A stretch of 64,000 nt of DNA from assembly GCA_024642285.1 (NCBI GenBank), contig JAHEBJ010000007.1:11017-75016 (forward strand). Reading direction: 5' to 3'. The DNA comes from Sphingobacteriales bacterium (GTDB taxonomy: Bacteria; Bacteroidota; Bacteroidia; Chitinophagales; Chitinophagaceae). Within the stretch, counting starts at the first letter, position 1; each line of letters begins with the position of its first letter. The translations under genes were made by a program, and so were the position numbers. The notes under the pieces were generated by a model. That model did no database searches. It was not told where the DNA came from and saw only the letters and a program-made list of their open reading frames with translations. Positions 8,404 to 17,425 of this stretch are shown in pieces.

Positions 8404-10482
8404 ATGAAACTTGAAAATTATATAACCGGCAACTGGATAACCGGCGATGGAAACGGACAGGAGTTATTTAATGCGGTTACCGGAGAAACCATTGCCTTTG
8501 CTACAACAAAAGGCCTCGACTACAAGGCTATACTTGATTATGGAAGAAAGGTTGGAAATCCCGCTTTAAGAAAAATGACTTTTCATGAGCGTGGTAATAT
8601 GCTTAAGGCATTGGCGCTTCATTTAAGAAATCACCTGGATAAATTTTATGCCATCAGTTATAAAACCGGCGCAACCAAAGCAGATAGCTGGGTTGACATT
8701 GAAGGAGGTATTGGTAACCTTTTTGCAAATGCGTCGCTGCGCCGAAAATTGCCCAACACAACATTTGCAGTGGATGGCGACAGCCATAACCTGAGTGAGA
8801 ACAATACTTTTATGGGCACACATATTTTAGTACCCAAGGAGGGAATAGCTGTGCACATTAACGCATTTAATTTTCCCGTATGGGGAATGCTGGAGAAAAT
8901 TGCAGTGAATCTGCTGGCAGGCATGCCCTGCATAGTGAAGCCGGCAACCGTAACGAGTTATTTAACAGAGGTAGTGGTTAAAGAAATAATCGCCAGCAAA
9001 ATTTTACCCGAAGGTGCCGTGCAATTGGTTTGCGGAAGTGCAGGCGATATGCTCGATCATCTTACATCGCAGGATGTAGTGACTTTCACTGGTTCTGCTT
9101 CAACAGGATTGATGCTGAAATCGAACCCGGTTATTTTAAAGGAGAATGTTCCCTTTAATATGGAAGCCGATTCGCTAAACTGTATAGTGTTTGCTGAAGA
9201 TGTAACACCCGATATGCCGGAGTGGAATATTTTCATCAAAGAAGTGCGAAAGGAAATGACTTTAAAAGCGGGACAACGTTGCACCGGCATCCGCAGAATA
9301 TTTGTTCCGGAAAATAAAATGGAAGACGTGTGGAAAGAGATTAGCAAATCGCTTTCGCAAACAGTTATCGGCGATCCGTTAAATGCATCTGTGAGGATGG
9401 GTTCATTAGCTGGACAAACACAACGTACCGAAGTGAAAGAACAGGTTCAGAAATTACTGGCATCATCCCAAATTATTTATGGCAGTTTAGATAGCGTAGA
9501 TGTTGTTGACGCTGATGCAAACAAAGGCGCATTTATGAGTCCGGTATTGTTGATGAATGAAAAACCTTTTGATGCAAAAGAAGTACATGAAGTAGAAGCA
9601 TTTGGTCCGGTAAGTAGCATCATGCCATACAAGAATGCAGAGAATGCTATCGCACTAAGCAAATTGGGTAAAGGAAGTTTATGCTCTACCATTGTTACCG
9701 CCGATCATAAAACAGCGCAGCATTATGTGGTTAACGCAGCAACTCACCATGGCCGTATCTTGATTTTGAATAACGAATGCGCCAAAGAAAGTACCGGACA
9801 TGGTTCTCCTCTGCCGTTGTTAGTTCATGGCGGTCCGGGACGGGCAGGCGGCGGCGAAGAAATGGGCGGATTGCGTGGTGTAAAACATTATCTGCAACGC
9901 ACGGCAATACAAGGGTCGCCAACAACAATTACTGCAGTAACAGATGTTTATCAGCAATACGGCAAGGGGAAAAATCCGGGCAAACATCCGTTCACCAAAT
10001 ATTTTGAAGAGCTGGAAATTGGCGACCAGATCATTACCGAAAAAAGAACCATCACATCTGAAGACATAGATAAGTTTGCAGATTTGAGCGGCGATCATTT
10101 TTATGCTCATATTAAAACAACCGATTTTAAAGACACTATGTTTGAGCAACAGGTGGCACATGGATACTTTATCATGAGCATGGCGGCCGGATTATTTGTG
10201 GATAGTTATGAAAAGAATCCTGTGCTGCTGAATTATGGAATAGATGAACTTCGTTTTACCAAACCGGTTTACCCCGGCAGCGAAATTCATATTCGCTTTA
10301 CCTGCAAACAAAAATTACTGAACGACAAACGCGTTGTTGAAAACCCCGAAGACTTTAAGCGGGGCGATGATATTGATAAGGGAATTGTAAAATGGCTGGT
10401 AGAGATGATTGATGAAACTGATGAAGTAACCGGCGTGGCAACAATATTGACAATGGTGGCCAAAAAAAATCAGCAGGGTTAA
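8404..10482 (+). CDS. paaZ: Bifunctional oxepin-CoA hydrolase / 3-oxo-5,6-dehydrosuberyl-CoA semialdehyde dehydrogenase
   Basis: ALDH domain (INAFNFP, FTGS, MEADS, GQRCT, EAFGP) fused to MaoC hot-dog domain (FADLSGDHFYAH, VAHG); HGSPLP.LVHGGPGRAGGGEE motif; TTG at 8401 precedes ATG 8404. Confidence 0.9.
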   Translation: MKLENYITGNWITGDGNGQELFNAVTGETIAFATTKGLDYKAILDYGRKVGNPALRKMTFHERGNMLKALALHLRNHLDKFYAISYKTGATKADSWVDIEGGIGNLFANASLRRKLPNTTFAVDGDSHNLSENNTFMGTHILVPKEGIAVHINAFNFPVWGMLEKIAVNLLAGMPCIVKPATVTSYLTEVVVKEIIASKILPEGAVQLVCGSAGDMLDHLTSQDVVTFTGSASTGLMLKSNPVILKENVPFNMEADSLNCIVFAEDVTPDMPEWNIFIKEVRKEMTLKAGQRCTGIRRIFVPENKMEDVWKEISKSLSQTVIGDPLNASVRMGSLAGQTQRTEVKEQVQKLLASSQIIYGSLDSVDVVDADANKGAFMSPVLLMNEKPFDAKEVHEVEAFGPVSSIMPYKNAENAIALSKLGKGSLCSTIVTADHKTAQHYVVNAATHHGRILILNNECAKESTGHGSPLPLLVHGGPGRAGGGEEMGGLRGVKHYLQRTAIQGSPTTITAVTDVYQQYGKGKNPGKHPFTKYFEELEIGDQIITEKRTITSEDIDKFADLSGDHFYAHIKTTDFKDTMFEQQVAHGYFIMSMAAGLFVDSYEKNPVLLNYGIDELRFTKPVYPGSEIHIRFTCKQKLLNDKRVVENPEDFKRGDDIDKGIVKWLVEMIDETDEVTGVATILTMVAKKNQQG

Positions 10483-10510
10483 GCTTATCTGCCGATTTGA
10501 TGTTCAATAT

Positions 10511-11449
10511 TTATCTTAAGTGTTGCTGAAAAAATGCCACTGTTTTATTTGCACAATCATTTTGATTGGTTGAATTAAATCCATGTCCGTCTAAAAAATA
10601 TTCATAATACTCATGCGGTACACCAAGTGAAGATAGCTTGCTGTTTAGTGCCTGGCTTTGGTACAAGGGTACAATTACGTCAATAGTTCCATGAAAAATA
10701 ATTGTTGGCTTTGATTGGCTTGTTGCTCTAACAACCGGACTTACCGATTCATACAAAGGTGTGGTAGGTGTAGTCCAGGGGCTTCCCGTATACTGTGTTA
10801 AAACTGCGCTGATGGACTGCCCCAGGAAAATATTAAAACTATTGTACCAGCTCCAGTCGTTTATTTGTGCAGGTCCGTATATATCCGAAACAGCCTTCAC
10901 ATAATTATTGGTATTGTGGGCGTAGGTGTACAACAATGCCAGGTGTCCGCCGGCGCTTTCTCCAATCATAGCCATAGTATCTGAAATGGCAAAACCTGTT
11001 TTATTATTCGCCACAAAATTTACCGCATTGCTTATGTCGTTCATAATTTCGGTATGATGTATATTGGCGGTATTGCTTGCCAAACGATAATTGACGTTGG
11101 CAATGGCAACTCCCGGCCATTTAGCTCTAAGCAGATTTTTATAATTATTAATTTCATTTTTATCGCCAGCCTGCCATGCTCCGCCATGAATCATCACAAT
11201 AAGCTTTGTTGTATTATTGCGGCCTGCCGGTAAATAGATATCCATTTTTTGCTTGACATCAGTGCCATAAGCGGTATCTAAAATTATTCTTTCGGAAAGG
11301 TTGCTGGTACCACCGCCACCTCCTGTTCCACCACCACCGGCTGGTATTTTATCGCAGGAACTGAGGCCAAGTATAAATATCAGGCACAGCATTGAAAAAA
11401 GGGTACCGGATGAAGAAATAAGGTTGCATTTCAATCTTACACCAATCAT
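10511..11449 (-). CDS. Alpha/beta hydrolase (esterase/lipase) lipoprotein
   Basis: LSS-C lipobox, Gly-rich linker, HGGAW oxyanion motif, GESAGG nucleophile, HGTIDVIVP Asp, DGHGF His. Confidence 0.85.
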   Translation of the reverse strand: MIGVRLKCNLISSSGTLFSMLCLIFILGLSSCDKIPAGGGGTGGGGGTSNLSERIILDTAYGTDVKQKMDIYLPAGRNNTTKLIVMIHGGAWQAGDKNEINNYKNLLRAKWPGVAIANVNYRLASNTANIHHTEIMNDISNAVNFVANNKTGFAISDTMAMIGESAGGHLALLYTYAHNTNNYVKAVSDIYGPAQINDWSWYNSFNIFLGQSISAVLTQYTGSPWTTPTTPLYESVSPVVRATSQSKPTIIFHGTIDVIVPLYQSQALNSKLSSLGVPHEYYEYFLDGHGFNSTNQNDCANKTVAFFQQHLR

Positions 11450-11647
11450 ATTTTGACGGTTTGATGACCTATCAAATATCGCATTAAAAACTAAAGGCTT
11501 TTGTTAAAAATAGTATTAAAAAAAACAATACGAGTATTCGTTTGTGGTTGCAGGAATGTTAATATTCACAAAGTAACCGATTTGATTAATTCTACACAAT
11601 AAAGAGTTTTGCTGATGGTGAATTTTGTACTTTTAAAAAAAATACCC

Positions 11648-12409
11648 ATGGATAAAGCATATGTAAAAAGCCATATCGAACACGGCATAAATACCATTGA
11701 GTTTTTTCATCCGCAAAGCAACTCATTACCCGGAAAAATTCTGGAAGAACTGGCCAAGGAAATTCATTTTGCCGGAACACATGATGATACCAAAGTGATC
11801 ATTCTGCAAAGTGGCGGCGACAAGACCTTTTGTGCCGGCGCCAGTTTTGATGAACTGATAGCAATCAAAGACGAAAAAGAAGGGTTGGTATTTTTCAGTG
11901 GTTTTGCCAATGTGATAAATGCCATGCGCAAATGCCCTAAAATTATTATTGGGCGTATTCAGGGTAAATGTGTTGGAGGTGGGGTTGGTCTGGCAGCTTC
12001 GGTTGATTATGCCATTGCGACAAACAAAGCAGATATTAAATTAAGTGAACTGGCTGTTGGCATTGGTCCCTTTGTTGTTGGTCCGGCGGTAGAAAGAAAA
12101 ATCGGCGTGTCGGCATTCAGTGGTTTGTCTATTGATGCCACTACCTGGCGTAATGCAGAATGGGCCCGCAAAAAAGGCATGTTTTCCGAAATGTATGAAA
12201 CTATTGAAGGAATGGATGAGGCTGTTTATCGATTGGCAAATACTTTAGCTCATTCTAATCCCGAGGCGATGGCAGCATTGAAGAAAACCTTTTGGGCTGG
12301 CACTGAGCATTGGGATGTGTTGCTTAAAGAAAGGGCAGCAATCAGCGGCAAATTGGTGTTAAGTGAGTTTACCAGGAATGCTATAAATAAGTTTAAGACT
12401 AAGAGTTAA
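11648..12409 (+). CDS. Enoyl-CoA hydratase/isomerase (crotonase) family
   Basis: FCAGASFDE, GKCVGGGVGL, KLSELAVGIGP; start set at ATG 11648 rather than the track's 11609. Confidence 0.88.
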   Translation: MDKAYVKSHIEHGINTIEFFHPQSNSLPGKILEELAKEIHFAGTHDDTKVIILQSGGDKTFCAGASFDELIAIKDEKEGLVFFSGFANVINAMRKCPKIIIGRIQGKCVGGGVGLAASVDYAIATNKADIKLSELAVGIGPFVVGPAVERKIGVSAFSGLSIDATTWRNAEWARKKGMFSEMYETIEGMDEAVYRLANTLAHSNPEAMAALKKTFWAGTEHWDVLLKERAAISGKLVLSEFTRNAINKFKTKS

Positions 12410-13161
12410 ATATTCAATCCACCGCATGCGCTTATAACCTGGCCGGTAACATAACTTCCCATATCGCAGGCTAAAAACAAACAAACATTGGCAATATCTT
12501 CTGTGCTGGCAAACCGGCCAAGAGGAATGTCATTTTTATATTTGTCGGCACCTTCACCTTCTTTTAAATAACTGGTCATATCCGTTTCAACAAAACCCGG
12601 CGCTACAGCATTGCTGCGGATATTTCGGCTGCCCAGTTCCTTTGCGATGCTTTTGGTAAATCCAATAATGCCCGCCTTGCTGGCGGCATAACTGCTTTGG
12701 CCGGCATTGCCCATTTCGCCAATGATGCTGCTCATATTTATGATGCTGCCACTGCGGGCTTTCATCATTGGGCGTATCACCTGCTTGGTCATGTTGAAAA
12801 CACTTTTCAAATTTATCTGCATCACATCATCCCATTGTTCAGGAGTCATCCGCATTAACAGGTTGTCTTTTGAAATGCCTGCGTTGTTTACACATATATC
12901 AATACTTCCAAATTCTTTCAGTACATCATTCACAAAAGTTTCGCATGCTGCATAATCACCGGCATTGCTCTGATAAGCTTTTGCCCTTACACCCATGCCG
13001 GTCAATTTATCTTCAAGAGCTTTTGCTTTTTCTGCACTGCTATCACTAACATAAGTAAATGCCACATTGCACCCATGCCCGGCAAATTTTATGGCAATTC
13101 CTTCTCCAATGCCTCGGGCAGCGCCGGTAATAATTGCGTTTTTTCCTTCTAGTAATTTCAT
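12406..13161 (-). CDS. fabG: 3-oxoacyl-ACP reductase
   Basis: TGAARGIG, NNAGISKDNLLMRM, GNAGQSSYAASKAG (YxxxK), APGFVETDMT. Confidence 0.93.
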   Translation of the reverse strand: MKLLEGKNAIITGAARGIGEGIAIKFAGHGCNVAFTYVSDSSAEKAKALEDKLTGMGVRAKAYQSNAGDYAACETFVNDVLKEFGSIDICVNNAGISKDNLLMRMTPEQWDDVMQINLKSVFNMTKQVIRPMMKARSGSIINMSSIIGEMGNAGQSSYAASKAGIIGFTKSIAKELGSRNIRSNAVAPGFVETDMTSYLKEGEGADKYKNDIPLGRFASTEDIANVCLFLACDMGSYVTGQVISACGGLNI

Positions 13162-13187
13162 ATCAGTAGTTTGTATTCTAAGAAATT

Positions 13188-14708
13188 TTAAGTTATGTTT
13201 TTATTTTTTATCGAAAGAATTTCCACTAACATATTTCTTTCGTTACTCAACCGCGGCACTTTATGTTGCCCGCCCAGTTTTCCCTTGCTTCGAAGCCATT
13301 CCGTAAAAATACCCGGAGGTAACTTATGAACAATGGGCAAACGTAAAGCGATACTTTTATGCCGCTTAGCTTCGTAATCGCTATTGAGGTTTTTTAGTTC
13401 ATTATCCAACTCTTCAATGAATCTATTAAAATCATCCGGTTCTTTTTCAAACTCTATCAGCCATTCATGTGCCCCATTGTTGTTATCCGAAAAATAAACC
13501 GGCGCTGCAGTATAGTCTGATACAACTGCATTTGTTTTTTCTGCTGCATGGGCTATAGCCCGGTCGCTGTTATCAACTATAACTTCTTCGCCAAATGCAT
13601 TCATATAATGTTTAAGGCGGCCGGTTATTTTAATATGATACGGATTCAGGCTGGTGAATTGCACCGTATCGCCAATTAGATAACGCCAAAGCCCGCCGGT
13701 TGTGCTCATCACTAAAGCATAATTTACGCCAAGCTGCACTTGATTTAGTCCAACCGTTTTCGGATTTTCTTTTTTGTATTCTTCCGCAGGCATAAATTCA
13801 TAAAAAACACCATGTTCGGTAAATAATAACATACCATCATCATCTGGGCTAACCTGCGCTGCAACAAACCCTTCGCTGGCATTGTAAATTTCCAGGTAGT
13901 TGATCTTACCACCAATAATTTTGTCAAACTGATCTTTGTATGGAACAAACGCAACTCCGCCATTTATGTAAAGTTCTAAATTGGGCCACACTTCTTTAAT
14001 GGTGGTTTTTCTTTTTATTTCTAAAATGCGTTTTAGTAAAAGCAGTGTCCAGGTTGGTACGCCTGCAAGCGAAGTAACATTTTCTTCCGCCGTAACCTGC
14101 GCCAGTTTTTCAATTTTGTTTTCCCATTCATCCATCAAGGCAACACTCAACTCAGGTGTTCTTATCCATTGCCCCCAAAAGGGAGAGTTTTGCATCAGTA
14201 CGGCGCTCAGGTCGCCAAACTGAATTTCGTCATTTATTTTACTTATCTGGTGAGAGCCACCAACCACCAATCCCTTTCCAGTTAACAGGTCGCTGCTCGG
14301 AAAATTTTTGTAATAATTGCTGAGCAGGTCTTTGCTTGCTTTAAAATGATTTTCTTTTAAACTTTCTTCGCTGATGGGAATGAATTTGCTTTTATCGCTT
14401 GTTGTTCCTGATGATTTAGCAAACCAGGTAACCGGAGTGTTCCATAAAATATTCTCTTCGCCTTCCATCATGCGAAGTATGTACGGTTTCATATCATCAT
14501 AGGTATGGATGGGTACATTTTTCTTAAACTCTCTCAAAGTAAAAAGTTTTGAAAAATTATACTTGCGTCCAAACTCAGTGTATTGCGCCGCTGTTACCAA
14601 TTCCTGTAAAACCTCACGCTGTACTGCAACAGGGTGTTTGCTCCAGTTTTCAATACGCCAAAGGCGCATTCGTGCTAATTTAGATATGGCCGAAGAAAGA
14701 AGCCTCAT
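13188..14708 (-). CDS. GH3-family acyl-adenylate/amido synthetase homolog (paralog 1)
   Basis: 506 aa; adenylation motifs KSSGTT, YNASEG, WRYLIGDT; C-terminal KLGGQHKVPRL. Confidence 0.88.
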   Translation of the reverse strand: MRLLSSAISKLARMRLWRIENWSKHPVAVQREVLQELVTAAQYTEFGRKYNFSKLFTLREFKKNVPIHTYDDMKPYILRMMEGEENILWNTPVTWFAKSSGTTSDKSKFIPISEESLKENHFKASKDLLSNYYKNFPSSDLLTGKGLVVGGSHQISKINDEIQFGDLSAVLMQNSPFWGQWIRTPELSVALMDEWENKIEKLAQVTAEENVTSLAGVPTWTLLLLKRILEIKRKTTIKEVWPNLELYINGGVAFVPYKDQFDKIIGGKINYLEIYNASEGFVAAQVSPDDDGMLLFTEHGVFYEFMPAEEYKKENPKTVGLNQVQLGVNYALVMSTTGGLWRYLIGDTVQFTSLNPYHIKITGRLKHYMNAFGEEVIVDNSDRAIAHAAEKTNAVVSDYTAAPVYFSDNNNGAHEWLIEFEKEPDDFNRFIEELDNELKNLNSDYEAKRHKSIALRLPIVHKLPPGIFTEWLRSKGKLGGQHKVPRLSNERNMLVEILSIKNKNIT

Positions 14709-14728
14709 TTAATTGCCAAGATAAATAA

Positions 14729-15490
14729 TTATCGGGCAGCTTCATCATGCAAATAATCCTTACGCTTTAATTCAAAGTTTTTACCAAGGTATAAACGGCG
14801 TACCTGTTCATCGCCGGCGAGCTCTTCGGCGGTGCCGTGGGTAAATATTTTGCCGTCAATTAATAAATAAGCACGGTCGCAGATAGACAGGGTTTCATTT
14901 ACATTATGATCGGTAATAAGAATACCTATATTGCGGAATTTTAATTTAGCAACGATGGATTGAATATCTTCAACAGCAATTGGATCAACGCCGGCAAAAG
15001 GCTCATCCAGCAAAATAAATTTTGGATCAACAGCAAGGGCACGGGCAATTTCTGTTCTGCGCCGTTCACCACCACTTAATGTATCGCCATTGTTTTTACG
15101 AACCCGCTGCAGGTTAAATTCATCCAGCAGGGTTTCCAGTTTTTCTTTTTGTTGAGCCTTACTGAGTTTAGTCATTTCTAAAACAGCCAGTATATTATCC
15201 TCAACACTAAGCTTGCGAAACACACTGGCTTCCTGGGGCAGGTAACCAATACCCATTTTGGCCCTTTTGTACATGGGTAGCTTGGTAATGTTGATATCGT
15301 TTAAAAAAACTTCTCCTTCATCTGGTTTTACCAAACCTACAACCTGGTAAAACGATGTTGTTTTACCGGCACCATTCGGCCCCAGCAGGCCTACAATCTC
15401 ACCTTGTTTTACGTTAAATGAAACATGGTCTACCACCGTACGGCTGCCATATACTTTTACAAGATCTTTGGTTTGTATAGTTAAGCTCAA
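14729..15490 (-). CDS. lptB: LPS export ABC transporter ATPase
   Basis: [60 protein letters not shown]. Confidence 0.95.
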   Translation of the reverse strand: MSLTIQTKDLVKVYGSRTVVDHVSFNVKQGEIVGLLGPNGAGKTTSFYQVVGLVKPDEGEVFLNDINITKLPMYKRAKMGIGYLPQEASVFRKLSVEDNILAVLEMTKLSKAQQKEKLETLLDEFNLQRVRKNNGDTLSGGERRRTEIARALAVDPKFILLDEPFAGVDPIAVEDIQSIVAKLKFRNIGILITDHNVNETLSICDRAYLLIDGKIFTHGTAEELAGDEQVRRLYLGKNFELKRKDYLHDEAAR

Positions 15491-15714
15491 ATTATTGTGT
15501 TTTTACAAAAATAAGCGAACTGGTATAAAGCCTCATCTTTTTACTATGGTTTATCAAAACTTTAAAATACGTCTCTGAAAAAATTTCTGAGGGGCGATGA
15601 GCCTGATTTACGGATTATTTTAATTTCCGGAGAAAAGGCTATTGTTTGAATTCATTATCTCACTCGGTATTTTGTTTATATTTACTTCTTACATTTCTTA
15701 TTAAAATTATATAA

Positions 15715-16335
15715 ATGAGATTACCGATTTTCGGCAGAATTTTATTTGTGTCTGCCTTTCTTATTTTATTTTGCTCCTGCCAGAAAGAGATTGATGTGAT
15801 TGGTGGCGGGCCGGTAGTTCCTGTAAGCCAGACTCCTAAATTAGGAACCACCTGGACCTATGATTACACTACTTACTATTCATATGGATCGCTTGAATCG
15901 TCGAAAGTGCTCACTCACAGGGCAAAAACAGAAGAGACTTTGGGTGGTGAAAAATGGCTGAATATAGTGGACACCAATACCGACACTACGGTTTATTATT
16001 TAAACGTAAAAACCGGAGGCCTTTACCAGTTCGCCAATTCTGGATCTAATTTATTTTGTAAAGATCCAGCAACCCTGAATGAAACCTATACGTCTTTTAA
16101 CAGCGGAGCTATAGAAGATTTTACCGTTAAGGGAATTAGTGACACCTTGCCTACCGGAATCGGCGATGTTCCTGCAAACTACTATGAAGGCGTAAAAAGC
16201 GGAGATCTTATCGACTTGATTTGGTACAATAAGAATTCATGGATTGTAAGAAGGATCGTTTATCGCAGGCTTCCTCCGCCAGCAACCGTTTATTTCCGGC
16301 AGAGTACTCTATACATTAAAAGTATTGCCTACTGA
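15715..16335 (+). CDS. Hypothetical lipoprotein
   Basis: 206 aa; FCS-C-QKE lipobox, beta-rich aromatic body; no family recognised. Confidence 0.7.
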   Translation: MRLPIFGRILFVSAFLILFCSCQKEIDVIGGGPVVPVSQTPKLGTTWTYDYTTYYSYGSLESSKVLTHRAKTEETLGGEKWLNIVDTNTDTTVYYLNVKTGGLYQFANSGSNLFCKDPATLNETYTSFNSGAIEDFTVKGISDTLPTGIGDVPANYYEGVKSGDLIDLIWYNKNSWIVRRIVYRRLPPPATVYFRQSTLYIKSIAY

Positions 16336-16368
16336 TCGGATTTTAAACCCCGGTATTACTATACTGGT

Positions 16369-16400
16369 TTTGATAATCTATGTATCCTTAAGTATGTTTG
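16369..16400 (+). promoter_or_regulatory. Bacteroidota sigma70 promoter for metF
   Basis: TTTG (16369-72), 20-nt spacer, TATGTTTG (16393-400): canonical -33/-7 geometry. Confidence 0.7.
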
Positions 16401-16416
16401 CACATTAATTTAAAGG

Positions 16417-17370
16417 ATGAAAGTAATAGATCATATCATCGAGGCTAAGGACACTTTGATCTCGTTTGAGATTTTGCCACCACTGAAAGGGAAAGGCATC
16501 CAGTCGCTTTACCAGCAATTGGACCCTTTGATGGAGTTTAAACCAGCCTACATTAATGTTACCTATCACCGAAGTGAACACGTTTTTAAAAAAACACCTG
16601 ACGGTACTTTTCAGAAAGTAGTGGTTCGTAAACGTCCGGGCACGGAGAGCATTTGTGCGGCTATAATGAATAAATACAGTGTTGATACCGTTCCGCATTT
16701 AATTTGCGGCGGCTTTGGAATTAATGAAACAGAAGACGCCCTAATAAATTTGAATTACCTGGGTATTGACAATGTGTTGGTATTACGTGGCGACGCAGCA
16801 AAAAACGAAACGGCATTTTTACCCGAACCCGGCGGGCATGAATACGCCAGCGATCTGTTAAGGCAGGTAGTTGATCTGAATGCAGGGAAATACCTGGAAG
16901 AAGATCTGAAAAACACAAGCCAGACAAAATTTTGCATAGGTGTAGCCGGCTATCCAGAAAAACATTTTGAAGCACCTAATATGGACAGCGATCTGCATTA
17001 TTTAAAAATGAAGGTCGATATGGGCGCAGACTATATAGTTACCCAGATGTTTTTTGATAACGAAAAGTACTATGCTTTTGTAAAAGACTGTCGTGAAGCA
17101 GGAATTACGGTGCCTATCATTCCGGGCCTTAAACCTATTTACACAAAAAAGCAGTTAACTGTTTTACCTAAAATTTTTCATATTGATGTGCCTGCCACAT
17201 TAAGCAAAGAAATAATCAAATGTAAAACCGACGAGGGGGTTGAGCGGGTAGGGACCGAGTGGCTGCTGCATCAGTCGCAGGAATTGAAAAAATTTGGCGT
17301 ACCGGTACTACACTATTATACTTTGGGCAGACCACATATTGTTGGTAATGTAGTGAAAGAAATTTTATAA
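16417..17370 (+). CDS. metF: 5,10-methylenetetrahydrofolate reductase
   Basis: SFEILPP, VPHLICGG, LVLRGD, GVAGYPEKH, TQMFFDN, LHYYTL. Confidence 0.95.
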   Translation: MKVIDHIIEAKDTLISFEILPPLKGKGIQSLYQQLDPLMEFKPAYINVTYHRSEHVFKKTPDGTFQKVVVRKRPGTESICAAIMNKYSVDTVPHLICGGFGINETEDALINLNYLGIDNVLVLRGDAAKNETAFLPEPGGHEYASDLLRQVVDLNAGKYLEEDLKNTSQTKFCIGVAGYPEKHFEAPNMDSDLHYLKMKVDMGADYIVTQMFFDNEKYYAFVKDCREAGITVPIIPGLKPIYTKKQLTVLPKIFHIDVPATLSKEIIKCKTDEGVERVGTEWLLHQSQELKKFGVPVLHYYTLGRPHIVGNVVKEIL

Positions 17371-17405
17371 AAAGGAAACCCGCCGTAAACAGCGGGTTTT
17401 CTCTT
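17371..17405. terminator. Bidirectional intrinsic terminator between metF and the PPIase gene
   Basis: AAACCCGC-CGTAAACA-GCGGGTTT between convergent genes. Confidence 0.8.
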
Positions 17406-17425
17406 TAATCGTAATAAATTCAATA

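Noticed and set aside
11305-11345. CCACC/CCGCC microrepeats
   Set aside because: Encode the Gly-rich linker of the lipoprotein hydrolase; not a phase-variable tract
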